Source: Bdellovibrionota bacterium (GTDB lineage Bacteria > Bdellovibrionota_C > UBA2361 > CAKMMH01). From it: a DNA stretch of 64,000 nt. Positions within the stretch are counted from its first letter, which is position 1, and each line of letters opens with the position of its first letter. The position numbers and the translations under genes were made by a program. Shown here piece by piece: positions 40,164 to 51,094 of the stretch. A model generated the notes under the pieces. That model was not told where the DNA came from. It saw nothing but the letters and a program-made list of their open reading frames with translations, and ran no database searches. Location: the NCBI GenBank assembly GCA_050952645.1, contig JBMNLI010000012.1, forward strand, positions 128,001 through 192,000, in the 5' to 3' direction.

Positions 40164-40910
40164 CTATTTTTCAGAAATTTCCATAAGCCCTACGAATTGA
40201 TCTTCTTTTAAAGCGGCTCCGCCAACTAGTGCACCCGAAACTAATGGAACTTTAATAATTTCTTCGTAATTGTCTGGTTTGACACTTCCGCCATATAAAA
40301 TAGGAGGACAAGTAAAGCTAGTTTTTTCTTCCCAATAAGTAGCTATAAAAGAATGCGTTTCTTTAATTTCCTTAGTAGTCGCTACCTTGCCAGTTCCAAT
40401 CGCCCAAACTGGTTCATAAGCGATAATAAGATTTTCATAATTTTTATTTTCTAAAAGTGAAATTAGAGCATCCATTTGAGTTTGAAGCACCTTATTAGTT
40501 TGCCCACTTTCTCTAGCATCTAATTTTTCACCGATGCAAAAAATAGTGATCAAATTTTCATCTAAAGCTTTCTTAGTTCTTTTAGCTACAAGCTCATCTG
40601 TTTCGCCAAATACATTTCTTCTTTCAGAATGCCCAGTTAGAGTAAAGTCTGCATTAATGGCTTTTAACATTTGAACTGAAACCTCACCAGTAAAAGCACC
40701 GCTATCTTCAAAGTAAACGTTTTGAGCACCTACAAGAAGACTATTTTGAACGGCTTTTTTAGTAGCTGAAACGTTTAGCATGCTAGGAGCTACTCCAACT
40801 ACTGTGTTTTTTAATGTGCTTGAAGCATTTGCGAATTTTTTAGCTAAGTTTATAGACTCTTCTTCAGTTAAATTCATTTTCCAGTTTGCGAAAAGATATC
40901 TTTTTGTCAT
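40164..40910 (-). CDS. tpiA: Triosephosphate isomerase
   Basis: ANWKMN, GHSERR, AYEPVWAIGTG, LYGGSV. Confidence 0.98.
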   Translation of the reverse strand: MTKRYLFANWKMNLTEEESINLAKKFANASSTLKNTVVGVAPSMLNVSATKKAVQNSLLVGAQNVYFEDSGAFTGEVSVQMLKAINADFTLTGHSERRNVFGETDELVAKRTKKALDENLITIFCIGEKLDARESGQTNKVLQTQMDALISLLENKNYENLIIAYEPVWAIGTGKVATTKEIKETHSFIATYWEEKTSFTCPPILYGGSVKPDNYEEIIKVPLVSGALVGGAALKEDQFVGLMEISEK

Positions 40911-40972
40911 AAATTAAATCCCCTTAAAAATAAATTATAAAATAAAATCTTGATATAAAACTTGATATAAAA

Positions 40973-41010
40973 AAAGCGAGCATCTTATTTTTTTTTAAAT
41001 ACTCGCTTTT
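40973..41010 (-). terminator. Intrinsic terminator-like hairpin between gap and tpiA
   Basis: aaaagcgag..ctcgctttt inverted repeat. Confidence 0.55.
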
Positions 41011-41075
41011 AAAATGCTTAAATGATTTATAAAATTTTATTAAATATTTTTTACTAAATATTTTTTAATAAATAT

Positions 41076-42080
41076 TTAAGCGATTAGCTTACAAACATCG
41101 ATCATTCTAGCAGAGAATCCCATTTCGTTATCATACCAAGCAACAACTTTTACCATTCTCTTTTCCATTACCATGGTGCATAGAGAGTCTACCGTCGATG
41201 AATTGATGCAACCAGTAAAATCGATTGAAACTAATGGCTCTTCACAATAACCTAAAACTCCTTTAAGCTCACCATTAGCAGCCTCTTTTAATGCAGCGTT
41301 TACCTCTTCTACCGTTACGTCTTTAGCTACTTCACATACAAGGTCTACAACTGATACGTCTGGAGTAGGAACTCTCATCGCAAATCCGTCAATCTTTCCC
41401 TTTAGCTCTGGAAGAACTAATGCAACGGCTTTAGCAGCGCCAGTAGTAGTAGGAATCATAGACATAGCAGCAGCTCTAGCCCTTCTTAAATCTTTATGAG
41501 GAAGATCTAGAATCCTTTGGTCGTTAGTGTAAGCGTGAATAGTAGTCATCGTTCCACGAACGATACCAAACTTTTCAGAAAGAACTTTAGCTACTGGTGC
41601 TAAACAGTTAGTCGTGCAAGAAGCATTACTAATAATGTTGTGCTTAGAAGCGTCGTAATCTTTTTGGTTTACACCGTAAACTACCGTTAAATCTGGCTCA
41701 GTTGCTGGAGCAGAGATTATAACTTTTTTTGCACCTGCATCGATATGTTTAGATGCATCTGGTTTTTTCGTAAAAAGACCTGTGCATTCCATAACTACAT
41801 CAACATTTAAACTTTTCCAAGGAAGATTTGCAGGGTCTCTTTCAGATAAAATTTGAATTTTATTTCCATTTACTACTAGATTGTTATCTTCTGCTTTAAC
41901 CTCAGCAGCAAAAGCACCGTGAACTGAATCGTATTTTAAAAGATGTGCTAAAGTTTTCGCATCAGTTAAATCATTAATAGCAACAACTTTTACATTTTTT
42001 TCTTGACCTGTTTTGTAGATTTGACGTAATACGTTTCTTCCAATTCTACCAAATCCATTTATAGCAACATTAACGCTCAT
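41076..42080 (-). CDS. gap: Glyceraldehyde-3-phosphate dehydrogenase
   Basis: INGFGRIGR, SNASCTTNCLAP, WYDNE. Confidence 0.99.
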   Translation of the reverse strand: MSVNVAINGFGRIGRNVLRQIYKTGQEKNVKVVAINDLTDAKTLAHLLKYDSVHGAFAAEVKAEDNNLVVNGNKIQILSERDPANLPWKSLNVDVVMECTGLFTKKPDASKHIDAGAKKVIISAPATEPDLTVVYGVNQKDYDASKHNIISNASCTTNCLAPVAKVLSEKFGIVRGTMTTIHAYTNDQRILDLPHKDLRRARAAAMSMIPTTTGAAKAVALVLPELKGKIDGFAMRVPTPDVSVVDLVCEVAKDVTVEEVNAALKEAANGELKGVLGYCEEPLVSIDFTGCINSSTVDSLCTMVMEKRMVKVVAWYDNEMGFSARMIDVCKLIA

Positions 42081-42800
42081 AATACATACTCCTTAAAAAC
42101 ATAAATAAAATTATCTATAAAATAAAAACAATTTTTAAAACAAAATTAAATTTTTCTAGACGTCTTATTTTAATATTTTATTTTAAAAATTTCAAATTTT
42201 GAGTTTAAAATTTAATTTTTTTAATTACTGCTTAAATTAAAACTTATTATTAATTGCAACTATTAGAAAATAATATTTAGAAAATAAAATGATATTATTT
42301 TAAAAGTTATTTATTATATAATAGGTTTCGTTCAAAAAAATTTTATAAAATTCTCAAAGAACGTTTTTCTAGGCAGTTTTTATATACTCATATTATATTC
42401 ACATTATATTCACAATGCGTAGTAGAGACAAGATAGTTTTTCTTAATTTTTTTATATAATTCTTTTTTAATATTTTTTAACATAAGTAAAAAAGATAGCT
42501 TGAGGTTTGTTTTTTTATAATATATAATTTTTTTAATTCTAAGAATTTCATTAGTCAAAGTCTTAAAATATTAAATATAAAAATAAAATATTAAAATAAT
42601 TAAAAAATAATGTTTAAAGTCTAAATTATTAGGCTTTGATACTTTAGCATTCGTTTAGTGTGCTGAAGGTGTACTGTCTTTTCGTTTAATGCCTTATTTT
42701 TTTAAGTCATTTTTTTAAGTTGTTTTTTAAGTTATTTTTTTATTTTTTACGTTAATTTTATAAATTTTTATTTACTCAAGTTTTTTTACGGAGTTTTTAT

Positions 42801-43556
42801 ATGAAGGAAGTTCCAATTCAAGAATTAACGCCAGTTGCTACGCTCGTTCAAGATGCTGTAGAAACTGCAAGCCAAGTAGTGGCAAGTGCCACAGAGCCAG
42901 GGATTTTAGAAATGATTACCAATTCTGGCACGGTCGTATTTTCAGTTTTAATGCTATTAATTTTAGCTAGCGTGATTACTTGGGCAATAATCTTTGCAAA
43001 AATAATGCAGTATAAAAAAGTAAATAAGGAGTGCAAAGAGTTTAGAGATATATTTTGGAAGAATAGAAATTTTGCAAGAATTGAAGAAGCAACGGAGCAT
43101 TTATCGAACAATCCATACGTAAAAATTTTTAGGGCAGGCTATAGAGAACTTTCTCAAATAAAAGATAGAGATTTTACTGCTAATAGTGGTTCTTATTTAG
43201 ATATATTAAGACGTATTTTAGAAAGAAGTGCAATGTCTGAGCTAAGAAAGCTTGAATTCGGAAATACATTTCTAGCTACCGTTGCTACGGCAGCTCCATT
43301 TGTTGGGCTTTTTGGAACCGTTTGGGGAATTATGGTTGCTTTCCAAGGTTTAAGTTCCGTTAAGACTACGACGCTTCAAGCCGTTGCTCCAGGAATTTCA
43401 GAAGCTTTGATTGCTACTGCTGTCGGTTTATTTGCCGCTATCCCAGCATCGATAGCGTATAACTTTTTTGCTGTAAGAGTTAAAAATTATAAGGAAGAAA
43501 CCTCAGGGTTTATATCTGAATTTTTAAGTATTGCAGCTAAACATTTTGTGCAGTAA
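42801..43556 (+). CDS. tolQ: Tol-Pal system protein TolQ
   Basis: APFVGLFGTVWGIM, VAPGISEALIATA. First gene of the tol-pal cluster. Confidence 0.95.
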   Translation: MKEVPIQELTPVATLVQDAVETASQVVASATEPGILEMITNSGTVVFSVLMLLILASVITWAIIFAKIMQYKKVNKECKEFRDIFWKNRNFARIEEATEHLSNNPYVKIFRAGYRELSQIKDRDFTANSGSYLDILRRILERSAMSELRKLEFGNTFLATVATAAPFVGLFGTVWGIMVAFQGLSSVKTTTLQAVAPGISEALIATAVGLFAAIPASIAYNFFAVRVKNYKEETSGFISEFLSIAAKHFVQ

Positions 43557-43763
43557 CGTGCAATAAATAATATGAAAAAATAATATAAGAAAGTTTATAT
43601 TAGAAAATTTATATAAAAAGTTAATTATAAAAACTAATAAAAATTAATAAACACTAAGTAAACATTAAGTAAACACTAAGTAAACAAAGAGCATGAAAAT
43701 AAAGATTAATTGTGTTTTAAGTAAGTATTATATTAGTAAAATATTATAAAAGGTGAGTGATTT

Positions 43764-44183
43764 ATGGGGTTATCAAGTAATGGTAGCGATGGACCAGTGG
43801 CAGCTATAAACGTAACGCCACTAGTAGACGTGATGTTAGTACTGCTAGTTATTTTTATGGTAACTGCTCCGATGCTTCAGCAGGGAGTAGACGTGAATTT
43901 ACCAAAGGCGACTACTGCCCCTCTTGCTGGTTCTGAAGAGCAAGTAGTAATGTCTATCGATAAGGAAAAGAGAATTTTCGTTGGTTCTAAAAATGAAATT
44001 TTATTAGATGAAATCGTAAAGAAAATGCCTGCCATTTTAGATGCTAAAAAAGATGGTGGGGAAAGAAAAGTTTATATAAAGGCTGATAAAGATTTAGATT
44101 ATGGCTTCGTTATGAAAGTTATGGGAAAGCTTCACGAAGCTGGAATAGATAAAATAGGGCTAGTTTCGGCATCCGTTGATTAG
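43764..44183 (+). CDS. tolR: Tol-Pal system protein TolR
   Basis: INVTPLVDVMLVLLVIFMVTAP. Confidence 0.95.
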   Translation: MGLSSNGSDGPVAAINVTPLVDVMLVLLVIFMVTAPMLQQGVDVNLPKATTAPLAGSEEQVVMSIDKEKRIFVGSKNEILLDEIVKKMPAILDAKKDGGERKVYIKADKDLDYGFVMKVMGKLHEAGIDKIGLVSASVD

Positions 44184-44347
44184 TGCTAATCGATTGTTGC
44201 TAGTCGATTGTTGCAATAAGATTTTTACTATAAAAATTTGATATAAATTTAGTTATAAATATAGATTTTAAGAATAAAAAATATAAAATTGATATAAAAT
44301 TGATTAGATTATTAGTAATGTAATCTCGTTTTAGGTTAAAAATAGCA

Positions 44348-45430
44348 GTGATAATAGAGGACGATAATTTACTATTTGGAATAAAGAAAGAGTTTTTTGT
44401 AGCAGGACTTATACTGTCTGTTTGTGCACATTTATCCTTATTTCTTCTCGCTGCTCTTAGAATCTCTAATGTTAAGTTAGAACACAAAATCAATGAGCCA
44501 ATGGTCGTTTATTCAGTTAGTATTGAAGGGGGAAAGAGGTTAGGAGGTATAGCTCAAGTTTCTAAAACTGGGAAAAAAGAACCGCTAGTTCCTTATAAAA
44601 ATGTTGAAAGCACAAATGCCCCTGCCCCTAAGTTAGAAGCGAGTGGAAAAGCCGAGGTTTCTATAAAAGATACTGCTAAAGAAGAAGCAGAAAAAAAAGC
44701 AAAGGCTCTAAAAGAGCAGGCAGAAAAAGAAAAGGCTGAGATTTCTTTAAGAGAAGAAAAGGCTAAGGAAGAAAAGAGATTGCAAGAAGAGAAAGCTAAA
44801 AAGGCAAAGGCCGAGGCAGAAAGACAGGCTAAAGAAAAAGCTGCTAAAGAGGAGGCAGCAAAACAAGAAGCTGCTAAAAAGGAAGCTGCTAAAAAGGAAG
44901 CAGAAAGACAGGCTAGGGAGCAAGCTAGTAAGGCTACAAAAGGCGCTTCAAATAAAAATACTTCAAATAAAAACGCTAGACCTGATGGCGTAGTAGGTGG
45001 CACGGGCACTGGAAGTGGCACGGCGAATTTAGATACTAAACTTCAAAAAGCTTTGCAAAGGTATTTAGGCGAATCGTCCGATGCTGGTGGCGTGGGATTT
45101 GGAGCTGCTAAAGTTACTGGTGGAGATGGTATGGGAGGAGGCGTAGTTAGACCTCCAGAGTTTTTTGAATATAAAGATGTGTTAGTTAAGCATATAAAAG
45201 CGAATTGGAATTGGTTTGATACGTCGAAACCATATAAGGCACAAGTGCAAATGTCTATCGACCCTAAGGGGAATATTACTAAGCATTCGATAACTACTAG
45301 TTCAGGTAATGGGCGCTTCGATCAATCGCTTTTAAGGGCTATTGAAAAATCCTCACCAGTTCCAGCTCCGCCTAGTAATGTGTATGAGTTTTTTAAGGAT
45401 GTAAGGGTGATATTTGATCCTAGGGATTAA
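44348..45430 (+). CDS. tolA: Tol-Pal system protein TolA
   Basis: N-terminal transmembrane helix with SxxxH, KEA-rich helix, TonB_C-like end (SSGNGRFDQS). Confidence 0.9.
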   Translation: MIIEDDNLLFGIKKEFFVAGLILSVCAHLSLFLLAALRISNVKLEHKINEPMVVYSVSIEGGKRLGGIAQVSKTGKKEPLVPYKNVESTNAPAPKLEASGKAEVSIKDTAKEEAEKKAKALKEQAEKEKAEISLREEKAKEEKRLQEEKAKKAKAEAERQAKEKAAKEEAAKQEAAKKEAAKKEAERQAREQASKATKGASNKNTSNKNARPDGVVGGTGTGSGTANLDTKLQKALQRYLGESSDAGGVGFGAAKVTGGDGMGGGVVRPPEFFEYKDVLVKHIKANWNWFDTSKPYKAQVQMSIDPKGNITKHSITTSSGNGRFDQSLLRAIEKSSPVPAPPSNVYEFFKDVRVIFDPRD

Positions 45431-45568
45431 GGATTAACTCTATTAGATTTTCTCTATTAGATTTTAGAGATTAGTTATAATCATATGTTTATAATATTAT
45501 ATTTATAATATTATCGTGAATTATTTTTTGTGAATTATTAAGAAGTTGTTTTTAGGAATTATTAAATT

Positions 45569-46912
45569 ATGAGAAAAATATTTTCGTTTTTATTAACAAA
45601 TTTATTATCAAATATATTATTAAGTTTATTAGTAAGCTTCGTTTCTCTATGCTTTTTGCCTAGTGTTAGCTTTTCAGCTTCATCTACCACTACAGATATT
45701 ACTATACAAGGTGCTGGAAAAAGATTTCCGATAGCGGTCACCTCGATTTGTAATCAGACATCACATAATTTAGAACCAGATAAAACTATAATAAGTAATC
45801 TAGATGTAAGCGGATATTTTAATGTTTTAAATCCTGAAACTTATATCGAGTCTAAAGGAAAGTGCGACGATAGTTCTTTTGCTTATTCCGATTGGAGTAT
45901 TATAGGTGCTGAAGGGTTAGTAAAGGGAGTAGCTTTAAATGAGGGAGGACAAATCAAAGTTAAGATGTATCTTCACGATGTAGTAAGGCAAGGAGTGGTA
46001 GTCGCAAAAGAGTATAAGATAAGCTCCCCGGCACAAATAAGCACGGTTGCTAATCGCTTTTCAAATGTTATATTAGAGTATTTTACGGGAACATCGAGTT
46101 TTTTTGGCTCTCAGATAGCATTTTCGGGAAGGGTAGGAAGATTTAAAGAGCTTTTTTTAATGAATGCAAATGGGACTGATATAAGACAAGTTACTAACGA
46201 TAGGGGGCTAGTGCTTTCAACTTCTTGGTCGCCAACGGGTTCTGACTTAATTTACACGTCTTATAGGAATAGGGCTCCCGATTTATTTAGATATTCGTTA
46301 GTTAATAGAAGATTGCTACAACTTACAACTGGTAATGCGTTAGAGATAGGAGGGCAATTTTCTCCTGATGGCAATACGATTTTATACTCGAGAACTAGAG
46401 GGTCGGCTGCGGATTTAATCTTAGCCGATTTAAGCGGAAAGACTATTAGAAATGTTCTAGTAGAGGGCGGAATTATAAACGTTTCGCCGTCTTGGTCGCC
46501 AGATGGGAAAGAGATAGTTTTTTGTTCAAATAGAGGAGGAGGTCCACAAATTTACAGAATGAGTAGTAGTGGAGCGAATATAAAAAGGGTAAGCTTTGTA
46601 AGCTCTAATTATTGCACTTCTCCTGCTTGGTCGCCAGTTGGAGATAAATTAACTTTCGTATGTAGAGCTGAGGGAAGATTTCAATTGTTCGTTACTGATG
46701 TAGATGGCTCAAATGCGCAACAACTTACAACGTATGGAAATAACGAGGATCCGTCTTGGTCCCCAGACGGACGTTATATCGCCTTTGCGTCTACTTTTGG
46801 CTCGTCTAGGGTGTTTAATATTGCAGTAATAAAATCTGATGGAAGCAACTTAAGACAGCTTACTTTTAGCAGTACTGGTTATACAGACCCTGCTTGGGGA
46901 CCAGTTGAATAA
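45569..46912 (+). CDS. tolB: Tol-Pal beta-propeller protein TolB
   Basis: Signal peptide and repeated P(S/A)WSPDG (PD40) motifs. Confidence 0.95.
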   Translation: MRKIFSFLLTNLLSNILLSLLVSFVSLCFLPSVSFSASSTTTDITIQGAGKRFPIAVTSICNQTSHNLEPDKTIISNLDVSGYFNVLNPETYIESKGKCDDSSFAYSDWSIIGAEGLVKGVALNEGGQIKVKMYLHDVVRQGVVVAKEYKISSPAQISTVANRFSNVILEYFTGTSSFFGSQIAFSGRVGRFKELFLMNANGTDIRQVTNDRGLVLSTSWSPTGSDLIYTSYRNRAPDLFRYSLVNRRLLQLTTGNALEIGGQFSPDGNTILYSRTRGSAADLILADLSGKTIRNVLVEGGIINVSPSWSPDGKEIVFCSNRGGGPQIYRMSSSGANIKRVSFVSSNYCTSPAWSPVGDKLTFVCRAEGRFQLFVTDVDGSNAQQLTTYGNNEDPSWSPDGRYIAFASTFGSSRVFNIAVIKSDGSNLRQLTFSSTGYTDPAWGPVE

Positions 46913-47258
46913 TTTTTTTAAAATTATTTATTTCAAATTTTTAAAAATATTTTTTTTTAAAAATTTCGCAACTAAAATTTTTAAGGTGGATTTTTTTAAA
47001 AGTTTTAAATATCGATTTTATTTTAAAAAATAATTTCAAATAAGTTAAAATATCTACTTGTTAATTTTAGTTTTTTATATTAACTTTTTAAGTAGTAAAT
47101 TTATCATAATGTTTATCGTGATATTTGTGATAAATTTATAAAATATATATATATTTTATAAAATGCTTTTAGGATTTAAAACTGTGATTATTTTTTGATT
47201 ATTAGTTATTAAAACCAAAAAAGAGAGGTTTAATTTATTTATGATAGGAGATTATGCA

Positions 47259-47687
47259 ATGCGTAGTGTTAAAATTTTATTAGCTCTAGTTTTAATAGTA
47301 GGGCTATCAGCTTGTACTTGTAGAAAATCAAATAATATTGCAGATGCAACAGAGGGTGGACCACTTAGTGATATCCACTTTGCTTTTGATTCTTATGCAA
47401 TTGAACCAGCTGCTAAAGAAATATTAAAATCAAATGCTGAGTGGTTAACTGAAAATGATTCAGCAACCGTTACTATTGAAGGACATTGTGACGAGAGAGG
47501 AACGGCAGAATACAATATGGCTTTAAGTGCTAAAAGAGCAAATGCAGTTTATGACTATATGAAGTCATTAGGAATTGCTGCTTCTCGTATGACTACTGCT
47601 CCTTATGGAGAAGAGCTTCCTTTAGACCCAGGTCATAACGAAGCTGCTTGGTCTAAAAACCGTCGTGCACACTTTGATGTTAAATAA
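47259..47687 (+). CDS. pal: Peptidoglycan-associated lipoprotein
   Basis: Lipobox LSAC, IEGHCDERGTAEYN, AWSKNRRA. AGGAG before the ATG at 47259. Confidence 0.95.
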   Translation: MRSVKILLALVLIVGLSACTCRKSNNIADATEGGPLSDIHFAFDSYAIEPAAKEILKSNAEWLTENDSATVTIEGHCDERGTAEYNMALSAKRANAVYDYMKSLGIAASRMTTAPYGEELPLDPGHNEAAWSKNRRAHFDVK

Positions 47688-47730
47688 TTAATGTTAATTG
47701 TTTAACATTTTAAGTATGTTCGCTAATTTT

Positions 47731-47787
47731 AAACATTCTAGTAAGGCATCTTCTAAGTTTTTTAAGACCTTGCTAGGATGTTTTTTT
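47731..47787 (+). terminator. Intrinsic terminator after pal
   Basis: aaacattctagtaagg..ccttgctaggatgttt followed by a T run. Confidence 0.65.
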
Positions 47788-47976
47788 GTATCGAATAAAA
47801 AAAATATAAACAAAAACTTAAATAAAAAATTTAAGTAAAAAATCAGCGTAGAGTTTTTTTATAATAAATTTTAAGCTAGATTTAAAATTTAATATTAAAA
47901 TTTATTGTAAAAGAATTTTACTAGAAAATTTGAAACTAGAAAAATTAAAACTAGAAAAATTCAAGAAGTCTTTAGT

Positions 47977-48726
47977 ATGAAAAAAATATTTATCCTTTTT
48001 CTTTTATCAACATTTTTATCAACGTTTTGTGCTTGTGTATCTAGTAAAACCTCGAATGAGGTTTTATCATTAAGAAGATCCGTTGAAAATTTAAGAGCTT
48101 ATCAAATGGAACAATCAGCTGAGGTATCACGCCTTTCTGAAGATTTAAAAAAAATGCGTGGCGTAGTAGAAGAGCTTCAACACTATAAAGAACAAGCCTT
48201 ATCCGCTCAAAAAGTGGCCCAAACCTCAGATTTAAATATACAGCCTGCACTAGTAGGAGATTTAGCTAGCGATAAAATAGTAAAAGGGCGTGGTTTAAAT
48301 GCAATAGTGCCTGAAAATTTATTAAAGGAAGATGAGATTTTTGCATCGAAGCAAAATATAGAGTTCGGTAGAGAGATGCTAGAGATGTTAGAAAATATTA
48401 AGGGAAATAAATTTAGAGAAGCATTAACGATTTCAAATGATTTAATTACTAGTGCTACCGAGGAGCAACAAGCTAGAGTGTTATTTTGGCGTGGGATTTG
48501 TTCTGATGCAGTAGGAAATAATAAGGATGCGATAGTTAATTACAATTCTTTATTAACTACCTTTAGCTCTCACGCTAGAGCACCCATCGCTTTATATAAT
48601 CAAGCTTTAGTCTTGTTAAGGATAAAGGATAAGGAGACTGCTAAAATGAGTTTGCAAAAGCTAATAAATGAGTATCCTAATTCTGAGTATAGTGAAAAAG
48701 CTAAGAAGAAACTAAGAGATATTTAG
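47977..48726 (+). CDS. cpoB: CpoB/YbgF-like coiled-coil plus TPR lipoprotein
   Basis: Lipobox, coiled coil and TPR-like end (LINEYPNS). Follows pal. Confidence 0.8.
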   Translation: MKKIFILFLLSTFLSTFCACVSSKTSNEVLSLRRSVENLRAYQMEQSAEVSRLSEDLKKMRGVVEELQHYKEQALSAQKVAQTSDLNIQPALVGDLASDKIVKGRGLNAIVPENLLKEDEIFASKQNIEFGREMLEMLENIKGNKFREALTISNDLITSATEEQQARVLFWRGICSDAVGNNKDAIVNYNSLLTTFSSHARAPIALYNQALVLLRIKDKETAKMSLQKLINEYPNSEYSEKAKKKLRDI

Positions 48727-48810
48727 TTTTTTTTAAAGAAACTTAAACAAAATGTAAAAAAATTAAAACTTAAAAATATTTAAGTTGTAAGTTGTAATAT
48801 AGTAATATAA

Positions 48811-49856
48811 ATGAACGGTAATTTCACGTATGAGACGCAAGATAATGATGTAGGAAAAAGACTCGATGCTATTTTATTTAAAATTGCAAATTCAAAAGAA
48901 TTTAAAATAGCATTTAATAAAGTATTAAGTGAGAGTGATTGCAAAAATATTTTTTCAAGATCTAAGTTTCAAGAGTTAATAAAAGACGGTAAAATTTTAG
49001 TAAATAATAAAGTAGCAAAAAAACCATCTTATATTTTATCTGCAAAAGATTTAATTTCTATAAAATTATCCGATATTAAGCAAAGTAGCATTGAAATTAA
49101 GCCTTGGGATTTTAAAATCGATATTATTTTTGAAGATGATGATGTGCTAATAGTAAATAAGCCCAAAGAGCTCGTAGTCCACCCAGGGGCTGGGAATAGG
49201 GATAGAACTTTATTAAATGCACTAATCGATAAATTATCATTTGATAATAAAGGTAAAATAGGAAATAATGATTATAGAGAAGGTATAGTTCATAGAATAG
49301 ACAAAGATACTACTGGGCTTTTAGTAGTAGCTAAAAAATGAACTTGCTAAAAAAAAACTTACAGAGCAATTTAAAAAACGTTTAGTAGAAAGAAAGTACG
49401 TAGCGTTAGTGCTATCGACCCCTAGGGCAGATAGAGCGGTAAATAAAAGCACTAGTGGAACTATAGATAATTTTATAGGAAGAAGCCTTACTAATCGCCT
49501 TAAAATATCGGTTTTAGACGATGGCAGAGGAAAGCGTGCTATAACTTATTGGAAGAAGCTAGAAGAGTTTAAATACGCTTGCTTGCTAGAGTTTAAACTT
49601 GAAACTGGGCGCACGCATCAAATTAGAGTTCATATGGATTATTTAAACTCCCCAGTTATAGGTGATAAGCTTTATGGTGATTTTTCTTCTCTTCCAAAAG
49701 ATTTAAAAAACTGCATCTCTTAAATTTGGGCGTCAAGCACTCCATGCTAAATCGCTTTCGTTTACGCATCCTACTACTAGAGAAACTCTTTCTTTTAGCG
49801 TAGATATTCCAGACGATATGAAAGAGTTAATAGAGATTTTTAAAAATAGGAGATAA
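48811..49856 (+). pseudogene. rluD: RluA/RluD pseudouridine synthase split by two +1 A-run frameshifts (probably sequence error)
   Basis: S4 domain, VNKP..VVHPGAG, HRIDKDTTG, LETGRTHQIRVH. Removing one A near 49335 and one near 49707 restores the frame through RQALHAKSLSFTHP to TAA at 49854-49856. Confidence 0.9.
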
Positions 49857-49860
49857 ATAT

Positions 49861-50085
49861 ATGAACAAAAAAGAAATTGAAAAAGTAAAAGAGCTTATAG
49901 AGAAAGGAAATTACGAGTTAGGTAAGCTATATGAAGAGCATACGAAACTCGACAAGAGGGTAGAAGCCTTATCTAATAAAACTTTTTTATCGCCAAAGGA
50001 AGAAGAAGAGTATAAAAAAGCCAAAATGTTAAAATTACAAGGCAAAAAAAGAATCTTAGAAATATTAAAAGAAGCTAAAGATTAG
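49861..50085 (+). CDS. Small coiled-coil protein, DUF465/YdcH-like
   Basis: LYEEHTKLDKRV..LSPKEEEE..KLQGKKRI. AGGAG ribosome-binding site. Confidence 0.75.
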   Translation: MNKKEIEKVKELIEKGNYELGKLYEEHTKLDKRVEALSNKTFLSPKEEEEYKKAKMLKLQGKKRILEILKEAKD

Positions 50086-50288
50086 TTTTTTACTTTTCAT
50101 ATTTTGCTTAATTTTATTAGAAAGAGGGCAACTTGTTTTTTAGCTTAAAAGAAAATTTTTGCTTTAACTAAAGGAGTTTTCTTTGTTATTATTTAGTCCT
50201 TAATAAAGTAAAATTTTCTTTTAAGTTATCACGATAAAGCGGTTTTTTTAAAGCTACTCTTAAAACGCATTGAAAAAGCGAAAAATTT

Positions 50289-50611
50289 TTACTTTTGTGT
50301 TATTCTTCTTCTAGTGCTGATTTTTATGCGTAGCATTCATGATAGCATCTCTAGTTTTAGCTGGGTCTAATTCTAAATGTTTGCAAATCGCAGAGAATGA
50401 AAAAAGATATTTATCATCGTCTTCATAGAAAATTTGATCGCCAGTTTTATCAAACATATATTCTACAGCCTCTTTTCTTAAAATGCCCCCCTGATTTATA
50501 ATCTTCTATCGCTCTTAGAACTATTGCTCTCATTAACTCCGAAACGGGGTCATAGCTTTTCCCTATATCGTAAGCTGGGTCGTGTTGTGGTATAAATGAT
50601 TGTCTTGCCAT
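50289..50611 (-). pseudogene. Hypothetical protein of about 106 aa missed by the ORF track, with two +1 frameshifts
   Basis: AGGA ribosome-binding site. Reads MARQSFIPQHDPAYDIGKSYDPVSELMRAIVLRAIEDYKSGG / ..EAVEYMFD..YLFSFSAICKHLELDPAKTRDAIMNATHK / ISTRRRITQK*. Shifts lie in homopolymers near 50480 and 50322. Confidence 0.7.
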
Positions 50612-51094
50612 ATTGTAGTTTTCCTAAAAAAATATTAGTTGTTTTATAGGATTTTTTTTTCACAAGAATTTTTTTTGAAAATAAAAAATTTAAAGATATA
50701 GAAAGCTAAAAAATATCTAAATATAAAAGGTGTTCAAGCAAACAGTCTTTTCTATTTTTATTTTAATAGATTTTTGCTAGACTTTTAATAGATTTTAGTA
50801 TCTAAAAGTAATATCTTTAAATTAAGTTATTTTTTTAGTATTTATTGTGTTTGAAATCCTATTTGTGTGAATTTCTTTAGAACCTTATTAGAGCTTTTTT
50901 TTAAGATCTAGTTTTTGTAATTTAATTTTTATCCATTTTTCTCTTTAAATATTAGAGTTATTTAGAAAGTTTTAAGTTTAAATTTTTAGATATATAACTC
51001 TACCCATCGGATAATTTGCAACCTGAAAAATCTTATTCATACATTTTTGTTATACAGAAAAATTTCTTAATGTAGCAAAAAAAGTTTACTTTTT

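Noticed and set aside
48811..49856. Programmed frameshifting in rluD
   Set aside because: Two independent shifts would be needed, and neighbouring genes show the same +1 homopolymer pattern, which favours sequence error.
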